Assembly: GCA_050012475.1 (NCBI GenBank)
Contig: JBEKHC010000015.1
Coordinates: forward strand, 1 to 63,232
From: Candidatus Velthaea sp.
Lineage (GTDB): Bacteria; Vulcanimicrobiota; Vulcanimicrobiia; Vulcanimicrobiales; Vulcanimicrobiaceae
Reading direction: 5' to 3'
Length of the DNA: 63,232 nucleotides
Shown: one piece after another, positions 46,221 through 55,490 of the stretch
Numbering within the stretch: position 1 is the first letter of the stretch
Layout of the letters: every line of letters starts with the position of its first letter
Program-made: the position numbers and the translations under genes
The notes under the pieces: generated by a model
Told to the model about the DNA's origin: nothing
Database searches by the model: none
What the model saw: the letters and a program-made list of their open reading frames with translations, nothing else

Positions 46221-47330
46221 TCACGATGCGCGTTCCCGCCGCTGGGCCGCCGCCGCACGGACCGACGCGATTTTCTCGCGCGTGACGGCGGTGTCGAACG
46301 CGCGCATGTCGGCGAGCGAGAAGCCGCACTGGGTAGCCAGCTGCTCGATCTCGCGAACTTTGGCCAGATCGATGCCGCGTCCCAGCGTGTATGATTCCCG
46401 GCGATCGCACAGCGCCAACAGTGCGGTCTCCGACATGCAGGCGAGCAACGTCCCGCGCGGCAGATTGAGGTCGAACGGACGGTCGGGTTCGCGCACGCGC
46501 TGCGCGCGCAACTCGCCCGGGACGCGCATATTGCCGCCTTCGACGACCAGGACGTCGGGCCGTTCCACGGCGACGCGGCGGCTGACGTCGTGCGGCAGCG
46601 AAAGTTCGCACACGACGGCGCCGGTGCGCAGATCCTCGGGTTCGATCACGTCCTGGGTGGACGAGGTCGCGGTGAGGACGAGGTCGGCGCGCCGCACCGC
46701 GGCGCCGATGTCGAGCGTGTAGGAACTCGCGCAGGGCAAGCGCGGGGCAAGCGCGGCGTGCGCTTTGCGCAGCCGGGTCTCATTGCGGGCTACGAAAATG
46801 ACTTCGCGCACCCGCGGCGCGATGAGTTCGATGCAGGCCGAACCGATCGAGCCGGTCGCGCCGACGACGACCGCTGTCGCCGCCCCGGCCTCGATGCCCA
46901 TCTCAGCTGCGCCGCGGAACAGACTGCGGACACCCGCGGAGATGGTGAGCGAGTTGCCCGTCGTCACCGGGATCGGGGCGCGCTGGGCGATCGTGACCCC
47001 GGCATCCCCGACCACCCCCGAGAAGGCGCCCAGCCCGGCGATCTCGGCGCCCAGTTCGACGCCGATGTCGATCGCGCGCAAGATGCGCGCATACACTTCC
47101 TCGCGCGGCAGCTCGAGCATCTGCTCGGGCAGCAGCGGAGCGGCGACGAACCAGCCTTCGGTCTCGCGGCCGTCTGGCGCACGAATGCCGGTCAGGTGGG
47201 CGGCCGCGTATGCCGGCATCCATTCCAGGATCTTGGCGACGATCGGCCGGCCCTTCCCGGCGGCTCCCGGTTCATAGCGAACGACGTCCTCGAACGATAC
47301 CGGGTGGATCACAAAGCAGAATTTGGCCAT
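46221..47330 (-). CDS. acyl-ACP reductase-like NAD(P)-dependent reductase (often annotated shikimate/semialdehyde dehydrogenase)
   Basis: F.FVIHP, GLGAF, TTGNSLT, VVGATGSIG, catalytic-like ACMSE, matching cyanobacterial Aar and TamH reductase motifs. Confidence 0.8.
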   Translation of the reverse strand: MAKFCFVIHPVSFEDVVRYEPGAAGKGRPIVAKILEWMPAYAAAHLTGIRAPDGRETEGWFVAAPLLPEQMLELPREEVYARILRAIDIGVELGAEIAGLGAFSGVVGDAGVTIAQRAPIPVTTGNSLTISAGVRSLFRGAAEMGIEAGAATAVVVGATGSIGSACIELIAPRVREVIFVARNETRLRKAHAALAPRLPCASSYTLDIGAAVRRADLVLTATSSTQDVIEPEDLRTGAVVCELSLPHDVSRRVAVERPDVLVVEGGNMRVPGELRAQRVREPDRPFDLNLPRGTLLACMSETALLALCDRRESYTLGRGIDLAKVREIEQLATQCGFSLADMRAFDTAVTREKIASVRAAAAQRRERAS

Positions 47331-47461
47331 GGTTCGGGACAGTTATTTCGCGCTGCGGCCAGGTCAGCCCCGGTCCCTCGGCGGGCGCTCCGCCAAGCCG
47401 GGGCGGCCGGCCTCGAGCGCGGGGAGCAGGCTCCACCCCTGGATGCTGGAAGCGACGGAGT

Positions 47462-48127
47462 ATGACGAATGAAACGCTCGCATCAATCGAGGAACTTCAG
47501 CGCATTCCGTCGCCCGGACCGGCACCACAAGCCCTAGCTTGCGACGGAACGGATATTTGGGTTACGTCGGCCGAGACCTATCGACTCTACGGCCTGCGCG
47601 GCAACACCGGCGCCGTTTTCGAGGAGGCGGAAGCGCCCGGCAGGCCGATGGGGATGGTCGTCACCGGCGATGCGCTGCGGATGGTGACCAGCGAACTTCA
47701 CGATGCGCGCTACATTCGGCGCTACATCGTCGGCCACGGCTTCAAAAAAGAAGCGTTGGCGTGTCCCGACGACACCGGTTCGTTCTTAGCCTACGACGGC
47801 GACAACCTATTTTTGAGCCAGCGCTTCAATCAAAAGATTCTGCAACTCGACATGTGGGGCGAAGTGCAGCGCACGATCCCCGCCCCGCGTCAAATCTGCG
47901 GCATGGTCATCGTCAACGCGCGGTTCTTCCTGATGACGACCGCCGGCCCCGACGATCCCGAAGATTATCGCCTCATCCGTCTCGACGCGCGCAAGCCGGT
48001 TCCCGAAACCGTCGAACTCGCGCGCGTCCCGTTCCTCGCGCGCTCGCTGGCCTGGGACGGCTCGAAATTCTGGACCTGTGCACGCGATGCGAACGAGATC
48101 GTGGCCTTCGCTCCGATCGGGGTGTAG
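47462..48127 (+). CDS. beta-propeller protein (glutaminyl cyclase/NHL-like repeats)
   Basis: Repeated LA.DG..(I/L/F)W blades (PQALACDGTDIWV, LAYDGDNLFL, SLAWDGSKFW); GGAG RBS. Confidence 0.7.
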   Translation: MTNETLASIEELQRIPSPGPAPQALACDGTDIWVTSAETYRLYGLRGNTGAVFEEAEAPGRPMGMVVTGDALRMVTSELHDARYIRRYIVGHGFKKEALACPDDTGSFLAYDGDNLFLSQRFNQKILQLDMWGEVQRTIPAPRQICGMVIVNARFFLMTTAGPDDPEDYRLIRLDARKPVPETVELARVPFLARSLAWDGSKFWTCARDANEIVAFAPIGV

Positions 48128-48136
48128 CCTCGGGCG

Positions 48137-48862
48137 GTGGATCTGGGCTTGCGCGCGCGCCGCGCGCTGGTGACCGGCGGAACCAAGGGCATCGGGCGCG
48201 CGATCGCCGAGACGCTCGCCGATGAAGGCGCGGCCGTGGCGGTGTGCGCACGCGACGCCGCCGAAATCGAAGCAACGGTTCGCGCCCTGCGCGAGCGCGG
48301 CGTGACCGCCGGCGGACGCGCGCTCGACGTCAGTGACGGCTCGGCGCTGCGCGCTTGGGTTGTCGACGTCGCCGAGGAGTTCGGCGGACTCGACATCGTC
48401 GTGGCCAACGTCAGCGCGCAGGCAATCGGGAACACCGAAGAGACGTGGTCGAAAAGTTTCGAGGTCGACGTCATGCACGCCGTCCGGCTCATCGAAGCCG
48501 CGCTGCCGTATCTGGAACGCAGCGACGCCGCATCGATTACCACGATTGCGAGCGCGTCGGGACGCGAGATCGATTTCGCTTCCGGTTCGTACGGCGCGAT
48601 GAAGGCCGCGCTCATCCATCTCACGCAAGGCTTGGCCTTCAATCTCGCCGCCAAGAACATTCGCGCGAACTCGGTCTCACCGGGTAACGCGTATTTTCCG
48701 GGCGGCGGGTCGGAGCGCATCGCGCTCAATCCGACGGGCCGGATGCCACGGCGCGAGGAAATCGCCCGCGCGGTCGCGTTCATCGCGAGCCCCGCGGCAA
48801 ATTTCATCACGGGGATAAATCTCGTCGTCGACGGCGCGCTGACGCGCGGAGTTCCGTCGTAG
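48137..48862 (+). CDS. SDR family oxidoreductase
   Basis: TGGTKGIG, YGAMK catalytic motif, NSVSPG, VDG. Confidence 0.92.
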   Translation: MDLGLRARRALVTGGTKGIGRAIAETLADEGAAVAVCARDAAEIEATVRALRERGVTAGGRALDVSDGSALRAWVVDVAEEFGGLDIVVANVSAQAIGNTEETWSKSFEVDVMHAVRLIEAALPYLERSDAASITTIASASGREIDFASGSYGAMKAALIHLTQGLAFNLAAKNIRANSVSPGNAYFPGGGSERIALNPTGRMPRREEIARAVAFIASPAANFITGINLVVDGALTRGVPS

Positions 48863-48879
48863 GGAACGGCGGCCGGCGG

Positions 48880-49572
48880 TCACGTCTTCCCCGCCGCGTG
48901 GGCCTCGAAGACCGCGACGTCCGCGAGCGTCTCGCGTTGGTTGAAGAGTTCCGCCGCGACGGCGGCGGAAAAAGTGTAAGTATCGAGCCCGGCTTGACCG
49001 AGTTGGCTGATATCCGCTGCGGAGCGAACGCTGGCAACGAGCAGCCGCGTGGAGCTGTCGAGCCGATTCAGGAGCGTTTGCATCGCGATCACTTCAGCGT
49101 GTCCGTCGCGGCCGCTGTCGGAGATCCGGCCCAGATACGGCGCGGCGTATTCGACGCCCACGACCGCTGCGGTGAGCGCTTGATGCGCGGCGTAGAGCGC
49201 CGTGAACGTCGTGACGATGTCGCGCGAACGCAGATGGCGCACGACTTCGATGCCGGCGCGCGTGATCGGCACCTTGACGACGACGCGATGGTTGATCGCC
49301 GCAAGCGCTTTGCCGTGCTCGATCATCACTTCGGCGGTGGCACCCCACGTTTGCACGTGCACTTCGTGGATGCCGTGTTCGAGGGCGACGTGCACGAGTG
49401 CGGTAAGCGCCTTGAGATCGCACGGCACGCCGGCCGCAGCCAGCACGGTCGGATTCGTCGTGACCCCGTAGAAGAGGCCGGTGGCCAGCCAATCGTCCCA
49501 CTCCGACCGTTTGGCCGAGTCGAGATACAGGCGGATCCGGCCTTCGCCGGGCCGCACGAACGTGGTGATCAT
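48880..49572 (-). CDS. transaldolase / fructose-6-phosphate aldolase family protein
   Basis: LYLDSA, GVTTNP, VVKVP, APYLGR, LLVAS.R. Confidence 0.9.
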   Translation of the reverse strand: MITTFVRPGEGRIRLYLDSAKRSEWDDWLATGLFYGVTTNPTVLAAAGVPCDLKALTALVHVALEHGIHEVHVQTWGATAEVMIEHGKALAAINHRVVVKVPITRAGIEVVRHLRSRDIVTTFTALYAAHQALTAAVVGVEYAAPYLGRISDSGRDGHAEVIAMQTLLNRLDSSTRLLVASVRSAADISQLGQAGLDTYTFSAAVAAELFNQRETLADVAVFEAHAAGKT

Positions 49573-50528
49573 GGCTTTCCTTTCGCCCCGCTCGCGCCAG
49601 CGGGCAAGGTGACCTCGTCGCTCCACGGCGGATCGGCGCCCGCGCGGCTGCAGGTGATCGCCGAAACTTGGGCCGCGAACCCGAGCGCGCGCTCGATGGC
49701 GGCATCGTCGAGGCGCGCGAGGTCGGCCGGCTCGGCCGCCCCGGCGGCGTCGAGTCCGACCAGGAACGAACCCATGAAGCTGTCGCCGGCGCCGACGGTG
49801 TCGACCAGCGTAATGGGCACCGCCGGACGCCGAATCGTGCGGCCGTCGCGGGCGAACGCCGTCGAACCGTCGGCCCCGGCGGTGATGACGACGATCGACG
49901 CGCCGCCGGCGATCCAAGCGGCGGCAATCTCGGCTGGCGCATGCAGCGGATCGAGCCATTCCAAATCGGCGCCGCTTATTTTGATGACGTCGGCCAACCC
50001 CAGCATCGCCGACAAGCGCGCGCGATAGGCGGCTTCTTTATTGCGCACGACGGTCGGCCGGATGTTCGGATCGAGCGACAGGATGCGGCGCCCTTTTTCG
50101 CGCGCCATGAGTTCGGCGAAACGATCGGCGGCCGGCTCCTCGATGAGCGAGAGCGAGCCGAAATGCAGGATCGAAACGTCGCGCGTGATGTCGGTGGTTG
50201 GTTCCCAATAGCGATCCGCTGCTGCGCTGTTGTAAAACGTGTATTCCGGCTCGACCGACGCGAGACTGACGAACGCCAGCGTGCTCGGCCGTTCGAGGCG
50301 CGAAACATAGCGGGTATCGACCTTGCTCTTGTGCAGCGCGGCCAGCAGCTGGCTGCCGAAAAAATCGCTCGACACGCTGCCCAAGAATCCCGCCGGATGC
50401 GCGAGTCGGCCGACGGTCACGGCAACGTTGAACGGCGATCCGCCCGCCCGCGGAACGTAGCAGCCTTCGCCCGTCGTCGTGCGCGCGGGAACGAAGTCGA
50501 TGAGCGCTTCGCCGCACGAGACGATCAT
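49569..50528 (-). CDS. PfkB family carbohydrate kinase (fructokinase-like)
   Basis: GEALID, GGSPFNVA, DPNIRP, DTVGAGDSF. Confidence 0.93.
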   Translation of the reverse strand: MIVSCGEALIDFVPARTTTGEGCYVPRAGGSPFNVAVTVGRLAHPAGFLGSVSSDFFGSQLLAALHKSKVDTRYVSRLERPSTLAFVSLASVEPEYTFYNSAAADRYWEPTTDITRDVSILHFGSLSLIEEPAADRFAELMAREKGRRILSLDPNIRPTVVRNKEAAYRARLSAMLGLADVIKISGADLEWLDPLHAPAEIAAAWIAGGASIVVITAGADGSTAFARDGRTIRRPAVPITLVDTVGAGDSFMGSFLVGLDAAGAAEPADLARLDDAAIERALGFAAQVSAITCSRAGADPPWSDEVTLPAGASGAKGKP

Positions 50529-51571
50529 CGCATCGCCTCCCGAACCTGCGCCGGCGCGTCGAGCGCGCCAACGTCGTCCCAAAAATCCGCTGGAATCGGT
50601 TTCGCGAACAGCGCGAGTCCGGCATGCGCCTCCGCGCCGCTGCGGAAGCCGGCGACGACGCCGGCCACGGCGGGGGCGCGCAGCGGGAACTGCAGCGCCG
50701 CAGCCGCCAGCGTTACGCCGTGTTTTGCGCACAACCGTTCGAGCGCTCCGACGCGGGCGCGAATCTCGGGCGGCGCCGGCAAGTAGTTATAGCGCGCGTC
50801 GGGCGTCGCGCCCGTCGCCAAGATGCCCGAATTGAACGGCGCCGCCGCGATGACCGCAACGTCGTGTTCCGCGCAGCGCGCGAAGAGTTCTTCGCAGCCG
50901 GTCCGCTCGAGCAGCGTATGCCGTCCGGCCAACATGAAACAGTCGATCGCCGGATGATCCACCAGGCGCAAACACGCCTCGACGTCGTTCACTCCGGCGC
51001 CGATCGCACCGATGAGGCCCTCGTCCTTGGCGCGCTGCAGTTCGGGCAACGCCGCGCCGACCACCTCGGCCAGGCCTTCCTCATACGCTGCGCCGTGGGT
51101 CCAGCGATCGACATCGTGGATGAGCGCGACGTCGAGCCGATGGGTGCCCAAGCGCTGCAAACTATCTTCGATCGAGCGGCGCACGCCGGCGGCGCTGAAA
51201 TCGAAGGCCGGCGTGAACGGCAGCTCGTCGACGAAAATACCGCCCTGGCTGACGGTGAGCTTCGGCGGCGGGACCGGACCGTGCGGACGCAAAAGCCGGC
51301 CGACCTTCGTGGACAGCACGTACGAGCCGCGCGGAAACGCGCGCAGAGCGCGGCCGATCCGATGCTCGCCCAGGCCGTACCCGTACAGCGGAGCCGTATC
51401 GAAATAGCGAACGCCGGCAGCGTAACTCGTCCGAACGGCATCGATCGCCTGCGCTTCATCGACCGCGGCGTACAAATTGCTCAGGGCATTGCCGCCAAAG
51501 CCAAGCGGGCTGATGAAAACGGCGCTTCGACCAAGCCGGCGCCGCTGTGAAAGATCGATCACCGTAGCCAC
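50525..51571 (-). CDS. aldo/keto reductase (D-threo-aldose/L-fucose dehydrogenase-like)
   Basis: GFGG..L.NLY, YFDTAPLYG.G..E, STKVGR, SL.RLG...D...IHD, FNSGILA. Confidence 0.9.
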   Translation of the reverse strand: MATVIDLSQRRRLGRSAVFISPLGFGGNALSNLYAAVDEAQAIDAVRTSYAAGVRYFDTAPLYGYGLGEHRIGRALRAFPRGSYVLSTKVGRLLRPHGPVPPPKLTVSQGGIFVDELPFTPAFDFSAAGVRRSIEDSLQRLGTHRLDVALIHDVDRWTHGAAYEEGLAEVVGAALPELQRAKDEGLIGAIGAGVNDVEACLRLVDHPAIDCFMLAGRHTLLERTGCEELFARCAEHDVAVIAAAPFNSGILATGATPDARYNYLPAPPEIRARVGALERLCAKHGVTLAAAALQFPLRAPAVAGVVAGFRSGAEAHAGLALFAKPIPADFWDDVGALDAPAQVREAMR

Positions 51572-51730
51572 TCCCTCCGTTGCACCACTGGGTCCTCCCT
51601 ACGACACGGGGCGAGCATGCACCGGCCTTTACCGCATCTTAATCCTGCGGTCGTACCATGAAACGGCGCGCGATCTGCAGACGCCGGTCGCAGCTCAGTC
51701 GTTCCACCGTCTTTGGAAGAAGGCACCAGC

Positions 51731-53605
51731 GTGAATGTACGACGGACGGCGGCCTTGATTGCCGCCGCTTCCCTGCTTGTTCCGGCCGCCGGCAACGCAG
51801 CTGCCGCCGGCGCACCGCGCGGCGTGCAGGCCTTGTCCGCCGCACAAACCCCGGCGCAACTTGCAGCAATCGCACAGCGCAAAGCGCTCATCGCCGCACT
51901 GCAAAAACGGGTCAAATACGTGTTCGTCCTGTATCAGGAAAACCGTTCGTTCGATTCGTACTTCGGGACGTTCCCCGGCGCGGACGGCCTTTTCTCCCGA
52001 CCGCGAGCCCAAACGCCAGGCTTCGTGCAGCAGATTCGGAACGTCGACGGGAGCCTCTCGAACATCTCGCCCTTCCGCATCGGGCCGGATCAATATGCCG
52101 CCGACACTGATGACGTCAACCATTCGCATCCCGGACTCGTCGCCAAAGTCGACGTCACCTCCGGCGGTCCGCAAATGGACAAGTTCGCGTTAGAAGAAGA
52201 GACGCTCAAGGCAGGTCCGACGCTCACGCCGCTGCAGGTTCCGCTGCTCTGGAACTACGCCAACCGTTTCACCCTCTTCGATCACATCTTCCAGTCCTAT
52301 CTGGGGCCCTCCACGCCGGGCAATCTCAGCATCATCGGCGCACAGGCGGGTGAAACGCAGGCCGCCCTTCACCCGCTCTTCGACTATTCCGACAATGGCG
52401 GCAGCGCGGCCGGCGTACCGGTGCTCAACGATAACGATCCGGCCGCGGGACCGTACGACAGCGGCAAGACGCCGGCGAAGACCGCGCTGAACCTCACCTA
52501 TGCGACGCTGCCGATCACGCTGGCCGGCCCGCTGCTGCCCGGAATCGTCGCCAACGACTCCAATCCCACCGCCGATCTAGCCGATATCAAAGACGACATC
52601 GGCTACGTCGCCCATCAATGGAATGGCGCCACGTGGGGCTGGTTCCAGGAAGGCTACAGCGGCGAGCCGCTGACGAGCTACATCAGCCATCATAACGCGC
52701 CGCAGTATTTCGGTTACGTCGCGAACAACAACGTCGAACGCGCGAACTTGCACGGCTTGGGCGATTTCCGCACCGCGCTGCAAATGCAGACGTTACCGCG
52801 GGCCGGTGTCTTTTACGTCAAGGGCGGCTATCAGAACATCCTGGGACTCAAGCCGGTCGCGCCGTATGCGGCAGTGCAAACGAACTTTACCGGTGACGAC
52901 GATCATCCGGGTTATTCCGACGCGCAGATCAGCGAGGCAATGGTCGCCGCCAACGTCAACGCGATCGCGCGGAGCAAATATTGGCCGCAGAGCGCGATCA
53001 TCATCACCTACGACGATTCGGAGGGCGACTACGATCACGTGCCGCCGCCGCTGCGTTCGATCGGTCCCGGCACCGGCAACGTGCCGGCCGACTTTCTCTC
53101 GGATGGTCCGCGCGTACCGCTGATCGTCATCTCGCCCTTCGCCAAGACGCACGTCGTCGAACATTCGTACGGTGACCAAGGTTCGGTCGTGAAGTTCGTC
53201 GACAAAGTCTTCGGTTTGACGGCCCTGAGCAATCTTCCCGACGAGCAGAAAGCACGTCTGGCCGCGCTTATCGCGGGCAAGGCCAACTACGGTCCCGACG
53301 ACGACGACACCAACGGCATCAGCGATCTGCTGGGAGGATTCGATCCCGGTCGACTCAACGGCACGACTGCGCCGATCCCGCGTTCGTATGCGAGCGTTCC
53401 GTCATGGGCGATCTCCACACTGCCGCAAACGTCGAAGATCGGTTGCAACTCGATCGGCGTGAGGCCCGTGGATTATCTGCAGGGCGTGCAGAACAACATC
53501 CCGGCCGACTTCAATCCGCGCCCAGCCACGGTGCCGACACAAACCACGATCGCGCCCGCCAGCGCGCGCCGCGCCGTCAGCAAAGCCATGGATCCCGACG
53601 ACTGA
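51731..53605 (+). CDS. secreted phosphoesterase (phospholipase C / acid phosphatase AcpA family)
   Basis: Signal peptide; KYVFVLYQENRSFDSYFG, GPSTPG, HH..PQYFGY, DDHPGYSD, TYD.SEG.YDHVPPP, GPRVP. Confidence 0.9.
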   Translation: MNVRRTAALIAAASLLVPAAGNAAAAGAPRGVQALSAAQTPAQLAAIAQRKALIAALQKRVKYVFVLYQENRSFDSYFGTFPGADGLFSRPRAQTPGFVQQIRNVDGSLSNISPFRIGPDQYAADTDDVNHSHPGLVAKVDVTSGGPQMDKFALEEETLKAGPTLTPLQVPLLWNYANRFTLFDHIFQSYLGPSTPGNLSIIGAQAGETQAALHPLFDYSDNGGSAAGVPVLNDNDPAAGPYDSGKTPAKTALNLTYATLPITLAGPLLPGIVANDSNPTADLADIKDDIGYVAHQWNGATWGWFQEGYSGEPLTSYISHHNAPQYFGYVANNNVERANLHGLGDFRTALQMQTLPRAGVFYVKGGYQNILGLKPVAPYAAVQTNFTGDDDHPGYSDAQISEAMVAANVNAIARSKYWPQSAIIITYDDSEGDYDHVPPPLRSIGPGTGNVPADFLSDGPRVPLIVISPFAKTHVVEHSYGDQGSVVKFVDKVFGLTALSNLPDEQKARLAALIAGKANYGPDDDDTNGISDLLGGFDPGRLNGTTAPIPRSYASVPSWAISTLPQTSKIGCNSIGVRPVDYLQGVQNNIPADFNPRPATVPTQTTIAPASARRAVSKAMDPDD

Positions 53606-53678
53606 CGGAACGTGGGCTGCCGCTGGGTCGAGGGAAAAACGGAAGCGTGGACGACCGGCGTCTCGCGCGCGCTTCGAA

Positions 53679-54155
53679 TCAACTCGCGCGTATCGATGCT
53701 TTAACGTCATCCGCCCGGCGTGGCGCTTCGGCTTCACGTTTGAGCGCGGCGAGCATCATGGCGCAATTTTCGCGCACTTTCTTTTCCAGCGTCGGGCCGA
53801 TGAGCTCGGCCAACGTCGGCACGCCGAAATCGAACTCGACCGTCAGCAGGACCCGCGTTCCATTCACGTCCGGCTCGAACGTCCAGGCGCCCTCGAACGT
53901 ATCGAGATCGCCTTCGATGAGTTTGTAATCGATGCGCGGCGTCAAATCGTCGAAGCGGTCTTCTTCCGTCCATTCGATCGGCGCGTCTTCGACCAGCGTC
54001 TTCCAGCGCGTGACGATGTAGTCGGGATGACGTTCGAGCACGGTGACGGTTTCGACGTCCGGCATGAAATCGGGGAAGCGTTCCTGCTCTTTGGCCAGTT
54101 CGTAGACGTCGCGCGCCGGCGCGCCGATCGTGATCTCCGATTGCACGAACGCCAA
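53679..54155 (-). CDS. SRPBCC/START (polyketide cyclase/dehydrase) lipid-binding protein
   Basis: I.AP..VY....E.FP.FMPDV..V.V, W.E.D, EGD...FEG.W.F. Confidence 0.85.
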   Translation of the reverse strand: MAFVQSEITIGAPARDVYELAKEQERFPDFMPDVETVTVLERHPDYIVTRWKTLVEDAPIEWTEEDRFDDLTPRIDYKLIEGDLDTFEGAWTFEPDVNGTRVLLTVEFDFGVPTLAELIGPTLEKKVRENCAMMLAALKREAEAPRRADDVKASIRAS

Positions 54156-55490
54156 TTATGCGCCCTCGCGCGCGGGGCGCGCCGGAACCAGCGTTCCCAG
54201 CCCCCGCACGGCCGTTTCGACCGCTGCATCGAACGCTTCGAGCGCGGTCGCGACTTGCGCCGCCGAGACGATCAGCGGCGGCTCGAGCCGGATGACGTGC
54301 TGGGCGTTGAGCGTCCAGGCCGCGGTGACGCCGCGCTTGAGCAATTCCGGCACGATCGTTCCGGCATAGCCTTCGTGCGTCAACTCGACACCGACGAGCA
54401 GGCCGGCGCCGCGCACCGCGGCGATCGCTTCCGGCCAGCGCGTTGCGATCGCGCGCGCGCCCGCCACGAGTTCCGCGCCGCGTTCGCGCGCGTTGCCGGC
54501 GAGATCCTCGTCGACGAGCACGTCGATCGCCGCCAGTGCCGCCGCGCACGCGAGTTCGTTCCCGCCGAAGGTCGACGTGTGCATCAACGGCGCTTTCGCG
54601 TAGGCCGCGTTCCAAACCGGTGCGCGCGCGATGGTCGCGCCGATGGGAACGACCCCGCCGGACAGCCCTTTGGCCAGCGTCATGATGTCGGGAACCACGC
54701 CCTCGACGTCGCACGCGAACAGGCTGCCGCAGCGGCCGAGTCCGGTCTGCACCTCATCGGCGATCAACAATGCCCCCGCGTGGTCGCAGCAGTCGCGCGC
54801 GCCGCGCAGATAACCCGGCGGCGGAACATTGACGCCGCCTTCGGCCTGGATCGGCTCGACGATGAATGCCGCCGCGTCCGCCAGTTCCGCCGCCAGCGCG
54901 CGCAGATCGCCGAACGGCACGTGGACGACATCGGGGAGCAGCGGCGCATAGGCGAGACGGTAATAGTCGCGGCCGCTGGCGGACAGCGCACCGAAGGTTT
55001 TGCCGTGAAACGCGTTGTGCGTGGCGACGATCTTCGGGCGCTTGGTCGCCGCGCGCGCGAGTTTGAGCGCGCCCTCCACCGCTTCGGTCCCGCTGTTGGC
55101 GAAAAAGGAAATCTGCAAATCGCCGGGAGTGATTTCGGCGAGCCGGCGCGCCAAACGGCCCATGAGCGGGTTGAACATCGTGCGGCCGGAGAGCGCCATC
55201 GCGTCGAGCTGCGCGCGCACCGCGGCGACGACCCGCGGGTGACGATGACCGACGGTGAAGACGCCGTACCCCCCGGCGAAGTCGAGATACGTCTTGCCGG
55301 TATGATCGCGGATCGTGCAGCCGTCGGCGCCGACTTCGACCGGCGACCCTGACAGCTTCATCACCCGCGCCAGCGGCGGGTTCAGATACCGCCGGTAGTT
55401 CTCGCAGGCTTCGTCATAGATCGCCTGCGGCGAGGCGGCGTGCGCGATTGCCGCCGCCGAGGCGTCGGGCTCGGTGCGCGAAGCGCTCAC
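54156..55490 (-). CDS. class III (omega) aminotransferase, putrescine/ornithine aminotransferase-like
   Basis: YLDF.GGYG...GHRHP, NSGTEAVEGALK, FHGKT.GALS, DEVQTGLGR.G, AK.LSGG. Confidence 0.93.
   Translation of the reverse strand: MSASRTEPDASAAAIAHAASPQAIYDEACENYRRYLNPPLARVMKLSGSPVEVGADGCTIRDHTGKTYLDFAGGYGVFTVGHRHPRVVAAVRAQLDAMALSGRTMFNPLMGRLARRLAEITPGDLQISFFANSGTEAVEGALKLARAATKRPKIVATHNAFHGKTFGALSASGRDYYRLAYAPLLPDVVHVPFGDLRALAAELADAAAFIVEPIQAEGGVNVPPPGYLRGARDCCDHAGALLIADEVQTGLGRCGSLFACDVEGVVPDIMTLAKGLSGGVVPIGATIARAPVWNAAYAKAPLMHTSTFGGNELACAAALAAIDVLVDEDLAGNARERGAELVAGARAIATRWPEAIAAVRGAGLLVGVELTHEGYAGTIVPELLKRGVTAAWTLNAQHVIRLEPPLIVSAAQVATALEAFDAAVETAVRGLGTLVPARPAREGA

Noticed and set aside
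43650..46394. Very long antisense or alternative-frame ORFs (e.g. 43650-46394 +, 8724-10625 +, 17155-19170 +, 24254-25963 +)
   Set aside because: They are Arg/Ala-rich shadow frames of well-supported genes, expected in high-GC DNA, and carry no motifs.
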